A stretch of 64,000 nucleotides of DNA from assembly GCF_030028105.1 (NCBI RefSeq), contig NC_092372.1:2456441-2520440 (forward strand), given 5' to 3'. This document shows positions 1 to 12,319 of this stretch, piece after piece; position 1 is the first letter of the stretch; the number at the start of each line of letters is the position of its first letter. The translations under genes and the position numbers were made by a program. The notes under the pieces were generated by a model that saw nothing but the letters and a program-made list of their open reading frames with translations, did no database searches and was not told the DNA's origin. The stretch is from Mobula birostris. Taxonomy: Eukaryota.

Positions 1-450
1 TCATTCTTGTGAATCTTCTCTGAATCCTCTCCAATATCAGTATATCCTTTTTAAAATAAGGAGCCCAAAACTGCACACAATACGCCAAGTGTGGTCTCAC
101 GAGTGCCTTATAGAGCCTCAACATCACATCCCTGCTCTTATATTCTATACTTCTAGAAACGAATGCCAACATTGTACTTATCAACTTCACAACCAACTCA
201 ACCAAGAGGTTAACCTTTAGGGTATCATGCACAAGGACTCCCAAGTCATCTCTACATTTTGAATTTTCTCCCTATCTAAATAATAATCTGCCCATTTATT
301 TCTTCCACCAAAGTGCATGACCATACACTTTCCAACATTGTATTTCATTTGCCGCTTCTTTGCCCATTCCCCTAAACTATCTAAGTCTCTCTGCAGGCTC
401 TCTGTTTCCTCAACACTATCTGCTCCTCCACCTATCTTTGTATCATCGGT
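1..450 (-). mobile_element. CR1 LINE fragment (RT C-terminal region)
   Basis: Similar to the other CR1 ORF2 copies in the window (region encoding ..RLYKALVRPHL.YCVQFWAP..). Confidence 0.8.
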
Positions 451-597
451 AAGGGTGTAGTCAGTGGGTTTGGCAGATTAACAGTCGGCATGGATAAGAT
501 GGGCCAAAAGGCCTGTTTCGGTTCTGTAGAGCTCTATGACTCTGACTCTAAATGCTGTGGAGTTTTGAATTTGCATTTCAAGGTATCTGCATCTTAC

Positions 598-718
598 CTG
601 GAAAGCACCTTGGTGTGAGTGTGAATTATATTCAGTGCTTCTTTGAAATTTCCATTGTGCACCAGACAGACGACTTTACAATGCAGCGCAGTGACATCAT
701 CCTTGTCATCTTGCAGTA
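598..718 (-). CDS. SRP72: SRP72 coding exon 2 ((I)LQDDKDDVTALHCKVVCLVHNGNFKEALNIIHTHTKVLS); the gene continues beyond the left edge
   Basis: Not in the ORF track. AG acceptor at 720-719 and donor AG|GTAAG at 597; 121 nt, in frame with exon 1. Matches recalled SRP72 ILQINKDDVTALHCKVVCLIQNGSFKEALNVINTHTKVL. Confidence 0.93.
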
Positions 719-1034
719 CTACAATTAAAATTACACTTTAATTAGCAGTAATAAATTTACCATTATACCGATGTGTGAACAGAAAAAAAACAAACTAATT
801 TACAGCTATTTCAAAATGCTATGGTAGTTAAAACTATACACCCCTAACTTTGCTAAAATTAAAATTTGTCATTTATCTCCTCGATGGACAATTGTAGGTT
901 CCAATGAATCCATCTACACAGTCTCTGCAGAATGTAATATTCTTGCCAACTTTAGCCAATATATCTCTGTTACACTCAACAAGTTCAGTTTGTTGTCATC
1001 TGACTGGACATATTTTCAACCGAAGTAACAGCAT

Positions 1035-4000
1035 TCCTCTGAACCACCGTGCACCCACACAACACATAATACAAGCTATAAACAAGTTAAAAAATATAAT
1101 TAAAATACAAGTAGAAAAGCACAGCACAGGTAAACAGTAAACAGCTGACTGTCCGAGTGATGAGACCTCGGTGGTGGCAGGGTATTCATTAGTCTCACAG
1201 CCTGAGGGAAGAAGCTGTTACCCAGTCTGGCAGTCCCAGTCCTGACGCTCTTGAACCGCTTCCAGATGGTGATGGGTCAAAGAGATTGTGATATGCGTGG
1301 TGGGGATCCTCAACAGTGCTTCTGGCCTTTCGTCTAGAATGTAAATGTCACAAACCGTAGGAAGACCCTGGTGATCCTCTCACGTTTTTACTATCCTCTG
1401 TAGGTCTTGCAGCTTCTGTACCACACAGTGATGCAGACAGACGGGACTTTCTTGATGGTGATCCTGCAGAAAGTTTTTAGAATAGAGGTGGTGAACCTTG
1501 CACACCTCAGCCTTCTCAGGAAGTGTAGACGCTGCTGTGCTTTCTTGACTGCTGAGGAAGTGTTGTGGGTCCAGGTTAAATCACCTGTCATGTGCACATC
1601 AAGGAACTTTGTACTCTTCACTCTCTCCATGGCAGAGCCATTAATATGCAATGAAGGGTGGACGACCCGTGCCTTCCTGAAATCCTCAATCACCTCTTCT
1701 GTCTTGTCCACATTGAGACTCGGGTTGTTGTCCTCACACCATTTGACAAACCTCTCTACCTCCTCTCTGTGAGCTGACTTACCATTGTTGCCAATGAGGC
1801 CAACCACTGTATCACATCAGTGAACTTAATGATGTAAACTGAGCTTAATGATGTAATCCACAACCCTCCAATCCCCCGGAACCTCTCTTGTCGCCATTGA
1901 TGATGCAAAGATCATCGCCAGAGGCTCAGCAATCTCCTCCCTCGCCTCCCACAGTAGCCTGGGGTACATTTCATCCGGTCCCAGCGACTTATCAAACTTG
2001 ATGCTTTCCAAAAGCTCCAACACATCCTCTTTCTTAATGTCTATATGCTGAAGCTTTTCAGTCAACTGTAAGTCATCCCGACAATCGCCAAGATCCTTTT
2101 CCGTAGTGAAGACCGAAGTAAAATATTCATTAAGTATCTCTGCTATGTCCTCCACCATTCTTTCCATCTCATTGAAATATACCTATGCAGAATGCTACGC
2201 AAATATCCCCGAAACATTTGCGACATTTCTGCTGTATATTTCCCTGAGAACATCTGTTCCCAATTTACGCTTCCAAGTCCCTGCCTGATAGCTTCACATT
2301 TCCCCTTACTCCAACTAAACGCTTTCAAACTTCACCCCATCTAAATCTCTTGCTCTAAGGAGCTGCCAATCAATATTGGGGAAATTAAAACCTCCCATCA
2401 CGACAACCCTGTTATTATTGCACCATTCCAGAATCTATCTTCCTCTCTGCTCTTCGATGTCCCTGTTACGATTGGATGGTCTATAAAAAACACCCAGTAG
2501 AGTTATTGACCCCTTTCTGTGCCTAACTTGCACCCACAGAGACTCAGGAGACAACCCCTCCATGACTTCCTCCTTTTCTGCAGCCGTGACACTATCTCTG
2601 ATCAACAGTGCCACACCCCCACCTCTTTTGCTTCCCTCCCTGTCCTTTCTGAAACATCTAAAGCCTGGCACTCTAAGTAACCATTCTGGCCCCTGAGCCC
2701 TCCAAGTCTCTGTAATGGCCACAACATCATATCTCCAAGTGCTGATCCACGCTCTAAGCTCATCCACTTTGTTCATGATGCTTCTTGCGTTAAAACAGAC
2801 ACATCTCAAACCATTGGTCTGAGCGTGTCCCTTCTCTATCACCTGCCTATCCTCCCTCTCGCACTACAAGCCTTCTCTATTTGTGAGCCAATTGCCCATT
2901 CCTCTGTCTCTTCAGTTCGGTTCCCAACCCCCAGCAATTCTAGTTTAAAGTCTCCCCAGTAGCCTTAGCAAATTCCCCGCCACGATATGGGTCCCCCTGG
3001 GATTCAAGTGCAACACAACCTTTTCGTACAGGTCACTCCTGCCCCAAAAGAGGTCCCAATGATCCAGAAATCTGAATCCCTGCCCCTGCTCCAATCCCTC
3101 AGCCACGCATTTATCCTCCGCCTCATTCTGTTTCTATTCTCACTGTCACGTGGCACAGGCAGTAATCCCGAGATTACTACCCTTGTGGTCCTGCTTCTCA
3201 ACTTCCTTCCTAACTCCCTATATTCTCCTTTCAGGACCTCCTCCCTTTTCCTACCACGACCTCAGGCTGTTCACCTGCACACCTCAGGAAATTGTGGACA
3301 CAATCAGAAACATCCCAGACCCCGGAACCTGGGAGGCAAACTACCATCTGTGCTTCTTTCCTGCATCCAAAGAATTGTCTGACCCCCTAACTATCGAGTC
3401 CCCTATCACTGCTGCCTTTCTCTTCCTTTCCCTACCCTTCTGAGCCACAGGGCCAGACTCTGTGCCAGAGGCACGGCCACTGTTGCTTCCCCAGATAGGC
3501 TGTCCCTGCCAACAGTACTCAAACAGGAGTACTTATTGTTCAGGGGTACAGCCACAGAGGTACTCTCTATTACCTGACTCTTCCCCTTCCCTCTACTGAC
3601 TGTTACCCACTTGTCTGTCTCCCGTGGCCCCAGTGTGACCACCTGCCTATAACTCTCCTCTATCACCTCCTCGCTCTCCCTGACCAGACAAAGGTCATCA
3701 AGCTGCATCTCCAGTTCCCTAACTCGGTCCCTTAGGAGCTGCAGTTCAACACACCTGGTACAGATGTGGCCGTCTGGGAGGCTGGGAGTCTCCCGGGCAT
3801 CCCACATCCGACACCCAGTACTGAACACACATACTTCCAATTCCTATTTTTCACAAGTACCTTAGCTCGCCTTGACCCATTATCGCCCAAGCCCCGTTGA
3901 GCCAAAGCCCTCCCACTCTGACGCCAGCTCTATAAAACTGTCTTCTTTTTGAACTCTTCCCGCCCTTCTAACTCACCAACATTCACGCACCTGCGCAGTC

Positions 4001-4500
4001 ATGCCTTGATCAAACTGAAGAAAAAATGCTCTCCATTTAAATTCTTCCTGCTGGTCTAACTCGCTGACGTCCACACACCTGCGCACTTCATGATTGTTGA
4101 TGTCACTGTTGCTGATGGTAATGATTTAGGCCAGTTATTGGTACTCTCTTGGGCATCAGAACGATCCTGTCTGCTCTGAGCCTGCACGGACAGTGGACTG
4201 TTTCAGAAAGATATTAAAGATGTCTGTTAGGACCTCTGCTAGCTGGGCTGCACAGTTCCTCAGCATCTGACCAGGTATGTTAACCAGCCGGATAGCTTTG
4301 TCTGAGTTTACCCCCGCTAGGATCCTCCTCACCTCAGCTGCAGCCACAGAGGGTGCCTATTCCTCAAGAAGAGAGGGGACGTTTCCTTGACGCCACATAA
4401 TTCAAGTCATCAAATTGTGCACAGAAAGTATTCAGCCTATCAGGAAAAGAAACAATGTAGCGGCTAACACAGAGAGTGGATTTACCATCAATTATGGTTA
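1035..4500 (-). mobile_element. Rex1/Babar-like LINE remnant (1035-1855 and ~4090-4500), split by a CR1 insertion
   Basis: ORF 1391-1807 with LNVDKTEEVIEDFRK...KKAQQRLHFLRRLR, and ORF 4156-4347 with CAAQLAEVLTDIFN. Confidence 0.75.
1856..4090 (-). mobile_element. CR1 LINE retaining 5' UTR, ORF1 (Cys-rich plus esterase-like) and APE endonuclease fragments; internally deleted
   Basis: ORFs GCRMW...ICTRC (ORF1), VVISGLLPVPR, LRCVCFNARS...VVAITETW...GVFYRP (APE) and GPDEMYPRLL. Confidence 0.85.
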
Positions 4501-4505
4501 ACATG

Positions 4506-4684
4506 GGCTGGCCGGTGATGTCGTGGCATTAGCACTGGACTTCGAGGCGGATGGCCCCGAGTTCAAGTCCAGCCAGGTCCCCAGTATCTGCATGGACGAA
4601 AGGCCTGGCGATCTACTTCCATATCCACACTATCCATAGGGTAGCCACGAGTCGAAGACGACTCGACAGCAATTAATAACAACA
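4506..4684 (+). mobile_element. tRNA-derived SINE with RTE-type 3' tail
   Basis: B-box-like GAGTTCAAGTCC. Tail ccatagggtagccacgagtcgaagacgactcgacagcaattaataacaaca resembles RTE LINE 3' stem-loop ends. Confidence 0.6.
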
Positions 4685-4693
4685 TAGTTTAAT

Positions 4694-5917
4694 CATAGCC
4701 ATAGTCATAATCATACTTTATTGATCCCGGGGGAAATTGGTTTTCATTACAGTTGCACCATAAATAAGTAAATAGTAATAAAACCATAAATAGTTAAATA
4801 GTAATATGTAAATTATGCCAGAAAATAAGTCCAGGACCAGCCTATCGGCTCAGGGTGTCTGACCCTCCAAGGGAGGAGTTGAAAAGTTTGATGACCACAG
4901 GCAGGAATGACTTCCTGTGACGCTCTGTGTTGCATCTCAGTGGAATGAGTCTCTGGCTGAATGTACTCCTGTGCCCACCCAGTACATTATGTAGTGGATG
5001 GGAGACATTGTCCAAGATGGCATGCAGCTTAGACAGCATCCTCTTTTCAGACAGCACTGTGAGAGAGTCCAGTTCCATCCCCACAACATCACTGGCCTTA
5101 CGAATGAGTTTGTTGATTCTGTTGGTGTCTGCTACCCTCAGCCTGCTGCCCCAGCACACAACAGCAAACATGATAGCACCGGCCACCACAGACTTGTAGA
5201 ATATCCTCAGCATCGTCCGGCAGATGTTAAAGGACCTCAGTCTCCTCAGGAAATAGAGACGGCTCTGACCCTTCTTGTAGACAGCCTCAGTGTTCTTTGA
5301 CCAGTCCAGTTTATTGTCAATTCGTATCCCCAGGTATTTGTAATCCTCCACCATGTCTACACTGACCCCCTGGATGGAAACAGGGGTCACTGGTACCTTA
5401 GTTCTCCTCAGGTTTACCACCAGCTCCTTAGTCTTTTTCACATTAAGCTACAGATAATTCTGCTCACACCATGTGACAAAGTTTCCTACCATAGCCCTGT
5501 ACTCAGCCTCATCTCCCTTGCTGATGCATCCAACTATGGCAGAGTCATCCGAAAACTTCTGAAGATGACAAGACAAGACTATGTGCAGTAGTTGAAGTCC
5601 GAGGTGTAAATGGTGAAGAGAAAGGGAGACAAGACAGTCCCCTGTGGAGCTCCAGTGCTGCTGATCACTGTTGGACACACAGTGTTGCAAGCACATGTAC
5701 TGTGGTCTGCCAGCCACAGTGTTGCACAGACGCTCAGTGCTGCATCTTGGAGGAATGAGTCTCTGGCTGAATGTACTCCTGTGCCCACCCAGTACATTAC
5801 GTAGTGGATGGGAGACATTGTCCAAGAAGGCATGCAACTTGGACAGCATCCTCTTTTCAGACACCACCGTGAGAGAGTCCAGTTCCATCCCCACAACATC
5901 ACTGGCCTTACGAATGA
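4694..5917 (-). mobile_element. Rex1/Babar-like LINE, 3' part, with internal duplication
   Basis: ORFs GAPQGTVLSPFLF, KFSDDSAIVG and KKGQSRLYFLRRLRSF. (TATGAC)-type tail. 5728-5917 duplicates ~4919-5108. Confidence 0.85.
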
Positions 5918-6633
5918 GGTAAATTGAGTGGAAAAGCAAATTGTGCAGAAGGTATGGAGAGTCTGCAGAGAGATATAGATAGGTTAAGTGAGTGGGCAAG
6001 AGTCTGGCAGATGGAGTACAATGTTGGTAAATGTGAGGTCATCCACTTTGGAAGGGAAAATGAAAGAGCAGATTATTATTTACATGCAGCATGCTGCTGT
6101 GCAGAGGGACTTGGGAGTTCTTGTGCAAAAATTGCAAAACGGTATGCAGGCTATCAAGAAGGCAAATGGAATGTTGGCCTTCATTGCGAGAGGGATTGAA
6201 TTTAAGAACAGGGCGGTTACGCTGCAACTGTACAGGGTACTGGTGAGGCCGCACCTGGAGTACTGTGTGCAGTTCTGGTCTCCATACTTGAGGAAGGATA
6301 TACCGGCTTTGAAGGCCGTGCAGAGGAGGTTCACCAGGTTGATTCCAGAGATAAGGGGGTTAGACTATGAGGAGAAATTGAGCCGCCTGGGACTGTACTC
6401 ACTGGAATTCGGAAGAATGAGAGGAGATCTTATAGAAACATAAAATTATGAAAGGGATAGACAAGGTAGAGGCAGGAAAATTGTGGTACTGGTAGGTGAG
6501 ACTAGAACTGGAGGACATAGCCTCCAGATTCAGGGGAGTGAAGAAGGCGAATGCGATGTTGGTATTCATTTCTAGAGGAATAGAGTATAGGAGCAGGGAT
6601 GTGATGTTGAGGCTCTTTAAGGCACTGGTAAGA
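5918..6633 (+). mobile_element. CR1 LINE fragments
   Basis: LQRDIDRL...KCEVIHFG and LVRPHLEYCVQFWSP. Confidence 0.85.
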
Positions 6634-7575
6634 CTTGTCCCCTTGTCCTCACCTACCACCCCACCAGCCTCCGGATCCAGCACATTATCCTCCACAACTT
6701 CCGCCACCTTCAACAGGACCCCACCACTAAGCACATCTTTCCCTCTCCACTTTCCACAGGGATCAGTCCCTCCACGACTCCCTGGTCCACACATCCCTCC
6801 CCACAGATCTCCCACCCAGCACTTATCCCTGTCAGCATAGGTGCTACATCTGTCCCTACACCTCCACACTTGCCATCATTCAGGGCCCCAAACAGTCCTT
6901 CCAGGTGAGGCAACACTTCACTTGTGAGTCTGTTGGGGACATCCGGTGCTCCTGGTGCGGCCTCCTCTACATCGGTGAAACCCGACGCAGATTGGGGGAC
7001 TGCTTCGTCCAGCACCTCCACTCCGTCCGCCACAACAGACAGGATCTCCCGGTTGCCACCCACTTCAGCTCTGCTTCCCACTCCCATTCCGATATGTCCA
7101 TACATGGCCTCCTCTACTGCCATGATGAGGCTAAACTCAGGTTGGAGGAGCAACACCTCAAATACCGTCTAGGTAGTCTCCAGCCCCTTGGTATGAACAT
7201 AGAATTCTCCAACTTCCGGTAATTCCCTGCCCCTCCCTTCCCCCATCCCTATTTCACTCTGCCCCCTCCCCCAGCTGCCTATCACCTCCCTCATGGTTCC
7301 GCCTCCTTCTACTACCCATTGTGTTTTCCCCTATTCCTGCTTCACCTTTCCTGCCTATCACCTTCCTGCTTCCCCTCCCCACCCCTTTATCTTTCCCCTT
7401 ACTGGCTTTTCACCTGGAACCTACCAGCCTTCTCCTTCCCACTCTCTCCCCACCTTCTTTATAGGGCCTCTGCCCCTTCCCTCTACAGTCCTGACGAAGG
7501 GTTCCGACCCAAAACATCGACTGATCTTTTCCACGGATGCTGCTCGACCTGCTGAGTTCCTCCAGCGTGTTGTGA
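6634..7575 (+). mobile_element. Penelope-like element, 3' part (GIY-YIG endonuclease) with a degenerate hammerhead at 7486-7523
   Basis: HFTCES..IRCSWCGLLYIGETRRRLGDCF.QH...VATHF...LGSLQPLGMNIEF, followed by a pyrimidine-rich 3' region. Confidence 0.85.
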
Positions 7576-9428
7576 GTCCAACATCCTTGTAAATCTCCTC
7601 TGCACCCCTTCTATGGTTTCATGTCCCTCCTGTAGTGAGGCAACCAGAACTGAGTACAGTACTCCAAGTGGGGTCTGACCTATGTTTCTTCTAAGCTATG
7701 CGTGCACACACACGTTTTTCAACCAGCGCACAAAGGAAATTACTGTGCACAAAAGGTCAGTTACCTAAAATAATGTAATTAATAATTATACTTCTTGACG
7801 AGAATCTTTTAGCTAACTGTTTCGGTTAACTAGTTAGTCAATTTTTGAAATACCACAATGCACGTCACTAACTTACGTCACCTCACCTTTCCTGTTCCAG
7901 TTTGTACAGCTGCATATTGCGCGAGGCAAAATGAACAAGATAAGAAAGCAGTATCTGTGAGATAATGTTTCGTGGAGTGAAAAAGTTAAAAGTTTTGCTA
8001 AGCCAACAACGTGAAGAAAACATCACCGTAGATACAAGTTCGCTGTTGACTTCTATAAATGGACTTTGTGTTCATTTAGAAGAAAGGTTTCCTGAAGAAG
8101 AGGTACAAGAATGGTCAGCTTTTGATTTCTCCGCAATTGCAAATTGTGACTTCACATTTGGCGATGAACAAGTTAATGCCTTATGTCTAAAATAGCATGA
8201 TTTCCTAGCTGAGAAATACTGTAATAGTTAGACAGTTTAATGATTTCAAATTTTCCGTGCAAGAAAAAATTAAATCCAAACTGATTTCAAACTTTGCTCA
8301 AATGGTGGCATTTGTACTTCAAAATGAACAGTTTTGCGACCTTGCACAGTTGATGGACATTGGGGGAACCTTTCTTGCGTCTATTGTGGACTGTGAGCGA
8401 GGTTTTAGCCTAATGAATCAACTCAAAACAAGCTGAGAAACCGTTTAGGTGAATGTCATTTGGATATGTTAATGAGAATCAAAAGCTATCAATTGGATGG
8501 AAGTTCTATTAGTCCAGACAGAGTTTACAAAGGATGGGTAAATGCCAAAGACAGGAGAGAGGAAAAATACTGAGTGACTTAAATATACATGTTATTTTGT
8601 TTGTTATTCTGTGTAGTTTTATGTCAAATATTTTGTAAACCTACATAAACTGTGCCATGTGTGCATTCGGTGCGCACATACTTTTGTCACAGGAAAAAAA
8701 ATTTGCACAACATAAGATTTTTGCACACACTGAATACTAAAAATTAGAGGGAACGTTGGGTCTGACCAGGGTCCTATATAGCTGCAACATTACCTCTCGG
8801 CTCTTAAACTCAATCCCATGATTGATTACGGCCAATGCACCATATGCCTTCTTAACCACAGAGTCAACCTGCGTAGTAGCTGAGACTGTCTTATGGACTT
8901 GGACGCCAAGATCCCTCTGATGCTCCACACTGCCAAGAGTCTTACCATTAATACTATATTCTGCCATCATATTTGACCTACCAAAATGAACCACCTCACA
9001 CTTATCTGGGTTGAGCTCCATCTGCCACTTCTCAGCCCAGTTTTGCATCTTATCATGTCCCGCTGTAACCTCTGACAGCCCTCCACACTATTCACAACAC
9101 GCCCAACCTTTGTGTCGTCAGCAAATTTACTAACCCATCCCTCCACTTCCTCATCCAGGTCATTTATAAAAATCACGAAGAGTAAGGGTCCCAGGACAGA
9201 TCCCTGAGGCACACCACTGGTCACTGACCTCCATGCAGAATATGACACGTCTACAACCACCCTTTACCTTCTGTGGGCAAGCCAATTCTGGATCCAACAA
9301 GCAATGTCCCCTTGGATCCCATGCCTCCTTACTTTGAAGGCTCTACTTTCATCAATGTGTTTAGTCACATCCTCAAAAACTTCAATCAGGCTCCTAAGGC
9401 ACGACCTGCCTTTGACAAAGCCCATGAC
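7576..9428 (-). mobile_element. CR1 LINE RT fragment, interrupted by a hAT element
   Basis: [23 protein letters not shown] and KFADDTK motifs. Confidence 0.85.
7680..8758 (+). mobile_element. Non-autonomous hAT DNA transposon with a transposase C-terminal remnant
   Basis: 8-bp TSD GGTCTGAC (7672-79 and 8759-66). Imperfect 15-bp TIRs (CTATGTTTCTTCTAA vs CAACGTTCCCTCTAA). Frameshifted hAT dimerization-type motif DCERGFSLMN....LRNRL at ~8390-8450. Confidence 0.85.
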
Positions 9429-9795
9429 TGAACGGCGGGGCAGACTGGACGGGCCGAATGGCCACGGTGTTACGGTTTCCGCAGAGGGACTTGGCCAGAC
9501 TGGAGACCTGAGAGAAGACGTGGTGGACGGAGTACGATGTGCACTTCGGCACGCCGGCCCAGCCGCCAGCTGGGACATGTCACCACGGCCTCGCACCACC
9601 CACACCCGCCGCTTACTTCTGTTCAGGGACTTCAGAGCCCGGCTGTAGTCCGCAGTCTGCCCGCAACGATTCACTTCGGTCCACAGCGCCGTTAGCGAGC
9701 CGCCACCCGCCATGGCCAAAGCAACACCGGCAACCCCGGTCCTCTGTCAGGCCCAACTGCCCGGTACCGCCTGCGGACAGCACCACCACCGGCCA
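9425..9795 (-). promoter_or_regulatory. CpG-rich promoter/first-exon region of SRP72
   Basis: High CpG density around exon 1, against CpG-depleted flanks. Confidence 0.7.
9617..9713 (-). CDS. SRP72: Signal recognition particle subunit SRP72, coding exon 1 (MAGGGSLTALWTEVNRCGQTADYSRALKSLNR)
   Basis: ATG at 9713-9711 in gccATGg context within CpG-rich DNA. Peptide matches the vertebrate SRP72 N-terminus as I recall it (ALWSEVNRYGQNGDFTRALKTVNK). Phase-1 donor A|GTAAG at 9616. Confidence 0.93.
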
Positions 9796-10515
9796 CCGCC
9801 GCCGCCCGCGCCACCTGCCGGCCGGAGATTCGACAGCCGCCGCCGCCGCCCGCGCCACCTGCCGGCCGGAGAGTCGCCAGCCGCCGCCGCCCGCGCCACC
9901 TACCAGCCGGAGATTCGACGGCCGCCGCCGCCGCCCGCGCCACCTGCCGGCCGGAGAGTCGCCAGCCGCCGCCGCCCGCGCCACCTACCAGCCGGAGATT
10001 CGACGGCCGCCGCCGCCGCCCGCGCCACCTGCCGGCCGGAGAGTCGCCAGCCGCCGCCGCCCGCGCCACCTACCAGCCGGAGATTCGACGGCCGCCGCCG
10101 CCGCCCGCGCCACCTGCCGGCCGGAGAGTCGCCAGCCGCCGCCGCCGCCGCCGCCCGCGCCACCTACCAGCCGGAGATTCGACGGCCGCCGCCGCCGCCC
10201 GCGCCACCTGCCGGCCTGAGATTCGACAGCCGCCGCCGCCCGCGCCACCTGCCGGCCGGAGAGTCGCCAGCCGCCGCCGCCGCCGCCGCCCGCGCCACCT
10301 ACCAGCCGGAGATTCGACAGCCGCCGCCGCCGCCCGCGCCACCTACCGGCCGGAGATTCGACAGCCGCCGCCGCCGCCGCCCGCGCCACCTACCGGCCGG
10401 AGATTCGACAGCCGCCGCCGCCGCCGCCGCCCGCGCCACCTACCGGCCGGAGATTCGACAGCCGCCGCCGCCGCCGCCCGCGCCACCTGCCGGCCGGAGA
10501 GTCGCCAGCCGCCAC
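9795..10515. repeat. GC-rich minisatellite (~41-50 bp units with variable (GCC)n tracts) immediately upstream of SRP72
   Basis: Repeats of (gcc)n-cgcgccacct(g/a)cc(g/a)gccggaga followed by ttcgac or gtcgcca. Confidence 0.95.
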
Positions 10516-11589
10516 CTTCAACATTCCATCCCTTCTCCTGTACCCGATACGGTACTTTGTTTTATAAAGGCCAATGTGCCAAAACTTTTCTTTACGACCC
10601 TTTCTACCTGTGCTGCCACATTTAAGGAATTATGGACCTGATCTTCTGTTCTACCACACTGCTCAGTGCCCTACCATTCTACCTGACTGGCCCTACCAGA
10701 GTGCAACACCTCCCACCTGTCCGTGTTAAATTCCGTCCGCCATTTCTCCAGCAGATCCCTCTGCAAGCCGTGGTAGCATTCTCGCTGCCCACTACACCCC
10801 CAATCTTGCTGTCATCCGCAAATCTGCTGAGTCAGAATCAGGCTCATTATCAGCGGCATGTGGCGTGAAATTAAATTATCTCATAGTAATGCTGTTTCAT
10901 TTGGCTGTCTGTGCAGTATTCACATGACAACGAAGCTTGTGCTTGTTTATCATCCAGATCATTGATCCAGATGACAACAGACCCAACACCAATCCATACA
11001 GCACTCCACTAGTCACCAGCCTCCAGACAGAGAGGCAGCCACCGACTACCTTTCTCGAAGGCACAAATTGGCAGGAGATGGGCAAGCCCATGTGACAGGG
11101 GGAAGCTTTCTTATTGAAAAGCTTCCCAAAGCATTTCACATCCTTTTAAGTATTAATTCTGCAGAATGTAGTTCTCACTGACCAGACCAACATTTTTCAT
11201 TAGTTGCCCCTAAGAAGATGGCAGTGTGCCCCCATCTTGACTCACTGTATTCTTTGTTATGAAAGTAAATGAGGTATCTATCTATCACTGAAACATACTC
11301 CCGCACAACCTAACCATGCGCTGGGTGCGGCCTGCAAGCATGCAGTGCCAACACATATGCTCACAGTACAACGAATCCTACGGTGAGTACTTTCTGGGTT
11401 GCTACCATTCTTTAACTTTCTTTACAAATGTACACATTAAGGTAGGAATTTTAGTAGGTCATGTTAAGGTGGAATAATGCCTGTGCTGTAATACTCCCTC
11501 TAATTTTTAATGTCATCGCTAGACCTCTTCAGAGTTACGCAGCAGAGAACCAGTGCCCCTGCTCAACCTGTCCAAGCTGTGTCAGAATC

Positions 11590-12285
11590 GACAGCACATC
11601 ACAGGCCCTTCAGCCCACAAAACAGTGCTGACCATGTAACCTACTCTGGAAACTACCTAGAATTTCCCTACCGCATAGCCCTCTATTTTTCTAAGCTCCA
11701 CGTACCTATCTAAGGGTCTCTTAAAAGATCCTATCGTATCCACCTCCACCATTGTCACTGGCAGCCCGTTCCATGCATCCACCACTCTCTGTATTAAAAA
11801 CTTACCTCTGACAATCCCCCCTGTACCTACTTCCAAGCACATTAAAACTGTGCCGTCCTGTTAGCCATTTCAGCCCTGGGAAAAAGCCTCTGACTATCCA
11901 CACGATCAATGCCTCTCATCATCTTATACACCTCTATCAGGTCACCTCTCATCCTCCGTCGTTCCAAGGAGAAAAGGCTGAGTTCACTCAACCTATTCTC
12001 ATAAGGCATGCTCCCCAATCCAGATAAAATCCTTGTAAATCTCCTCTGCACCCTTTCTATGGTTTCCACATCCCTCCTGTAGTGAGGTGACCAGAACTGA
12101 ACACAGTATTCCAAGTGGGGTCTGACCAGTATCTTGTATAGCTGTAACATTACCTCACGGCTCTTGAACTCAATCCTGCAGTTGATGAATACCAACACAC
12201 CATACACCTTCTTAACAACACTGTCAACCTGCGCAGCATCTTTGAGCGTCCAGTGGACACGGACCCCAAGATCTCTCTGATCCTG
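11590..12285 (-). mobile_element. CR1 LINE 3' fragment
   Basis: LVRPHLEYCVQFWSP...RGDLIEVYK, plus the 3' UTR. Confidence 0.85.
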
Positions 12286-12319
12286 TGTTGCCTACCTGAG
12301 ACAGTCCTAGTGACCTGTG

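Noticed and set aside
9264-9719. SRP72-RT fusion ORF in the track
   Set aside because: Read-through past the GTAAG donor at 9616 into intronic CR1. The spliced exon 2 exists at 598-718.
9539-10641. Pro/Ala/Arg-rich overlapping ORFs
   Set aside because: Open in nearly all frames because of the GC-rich minisatellite.
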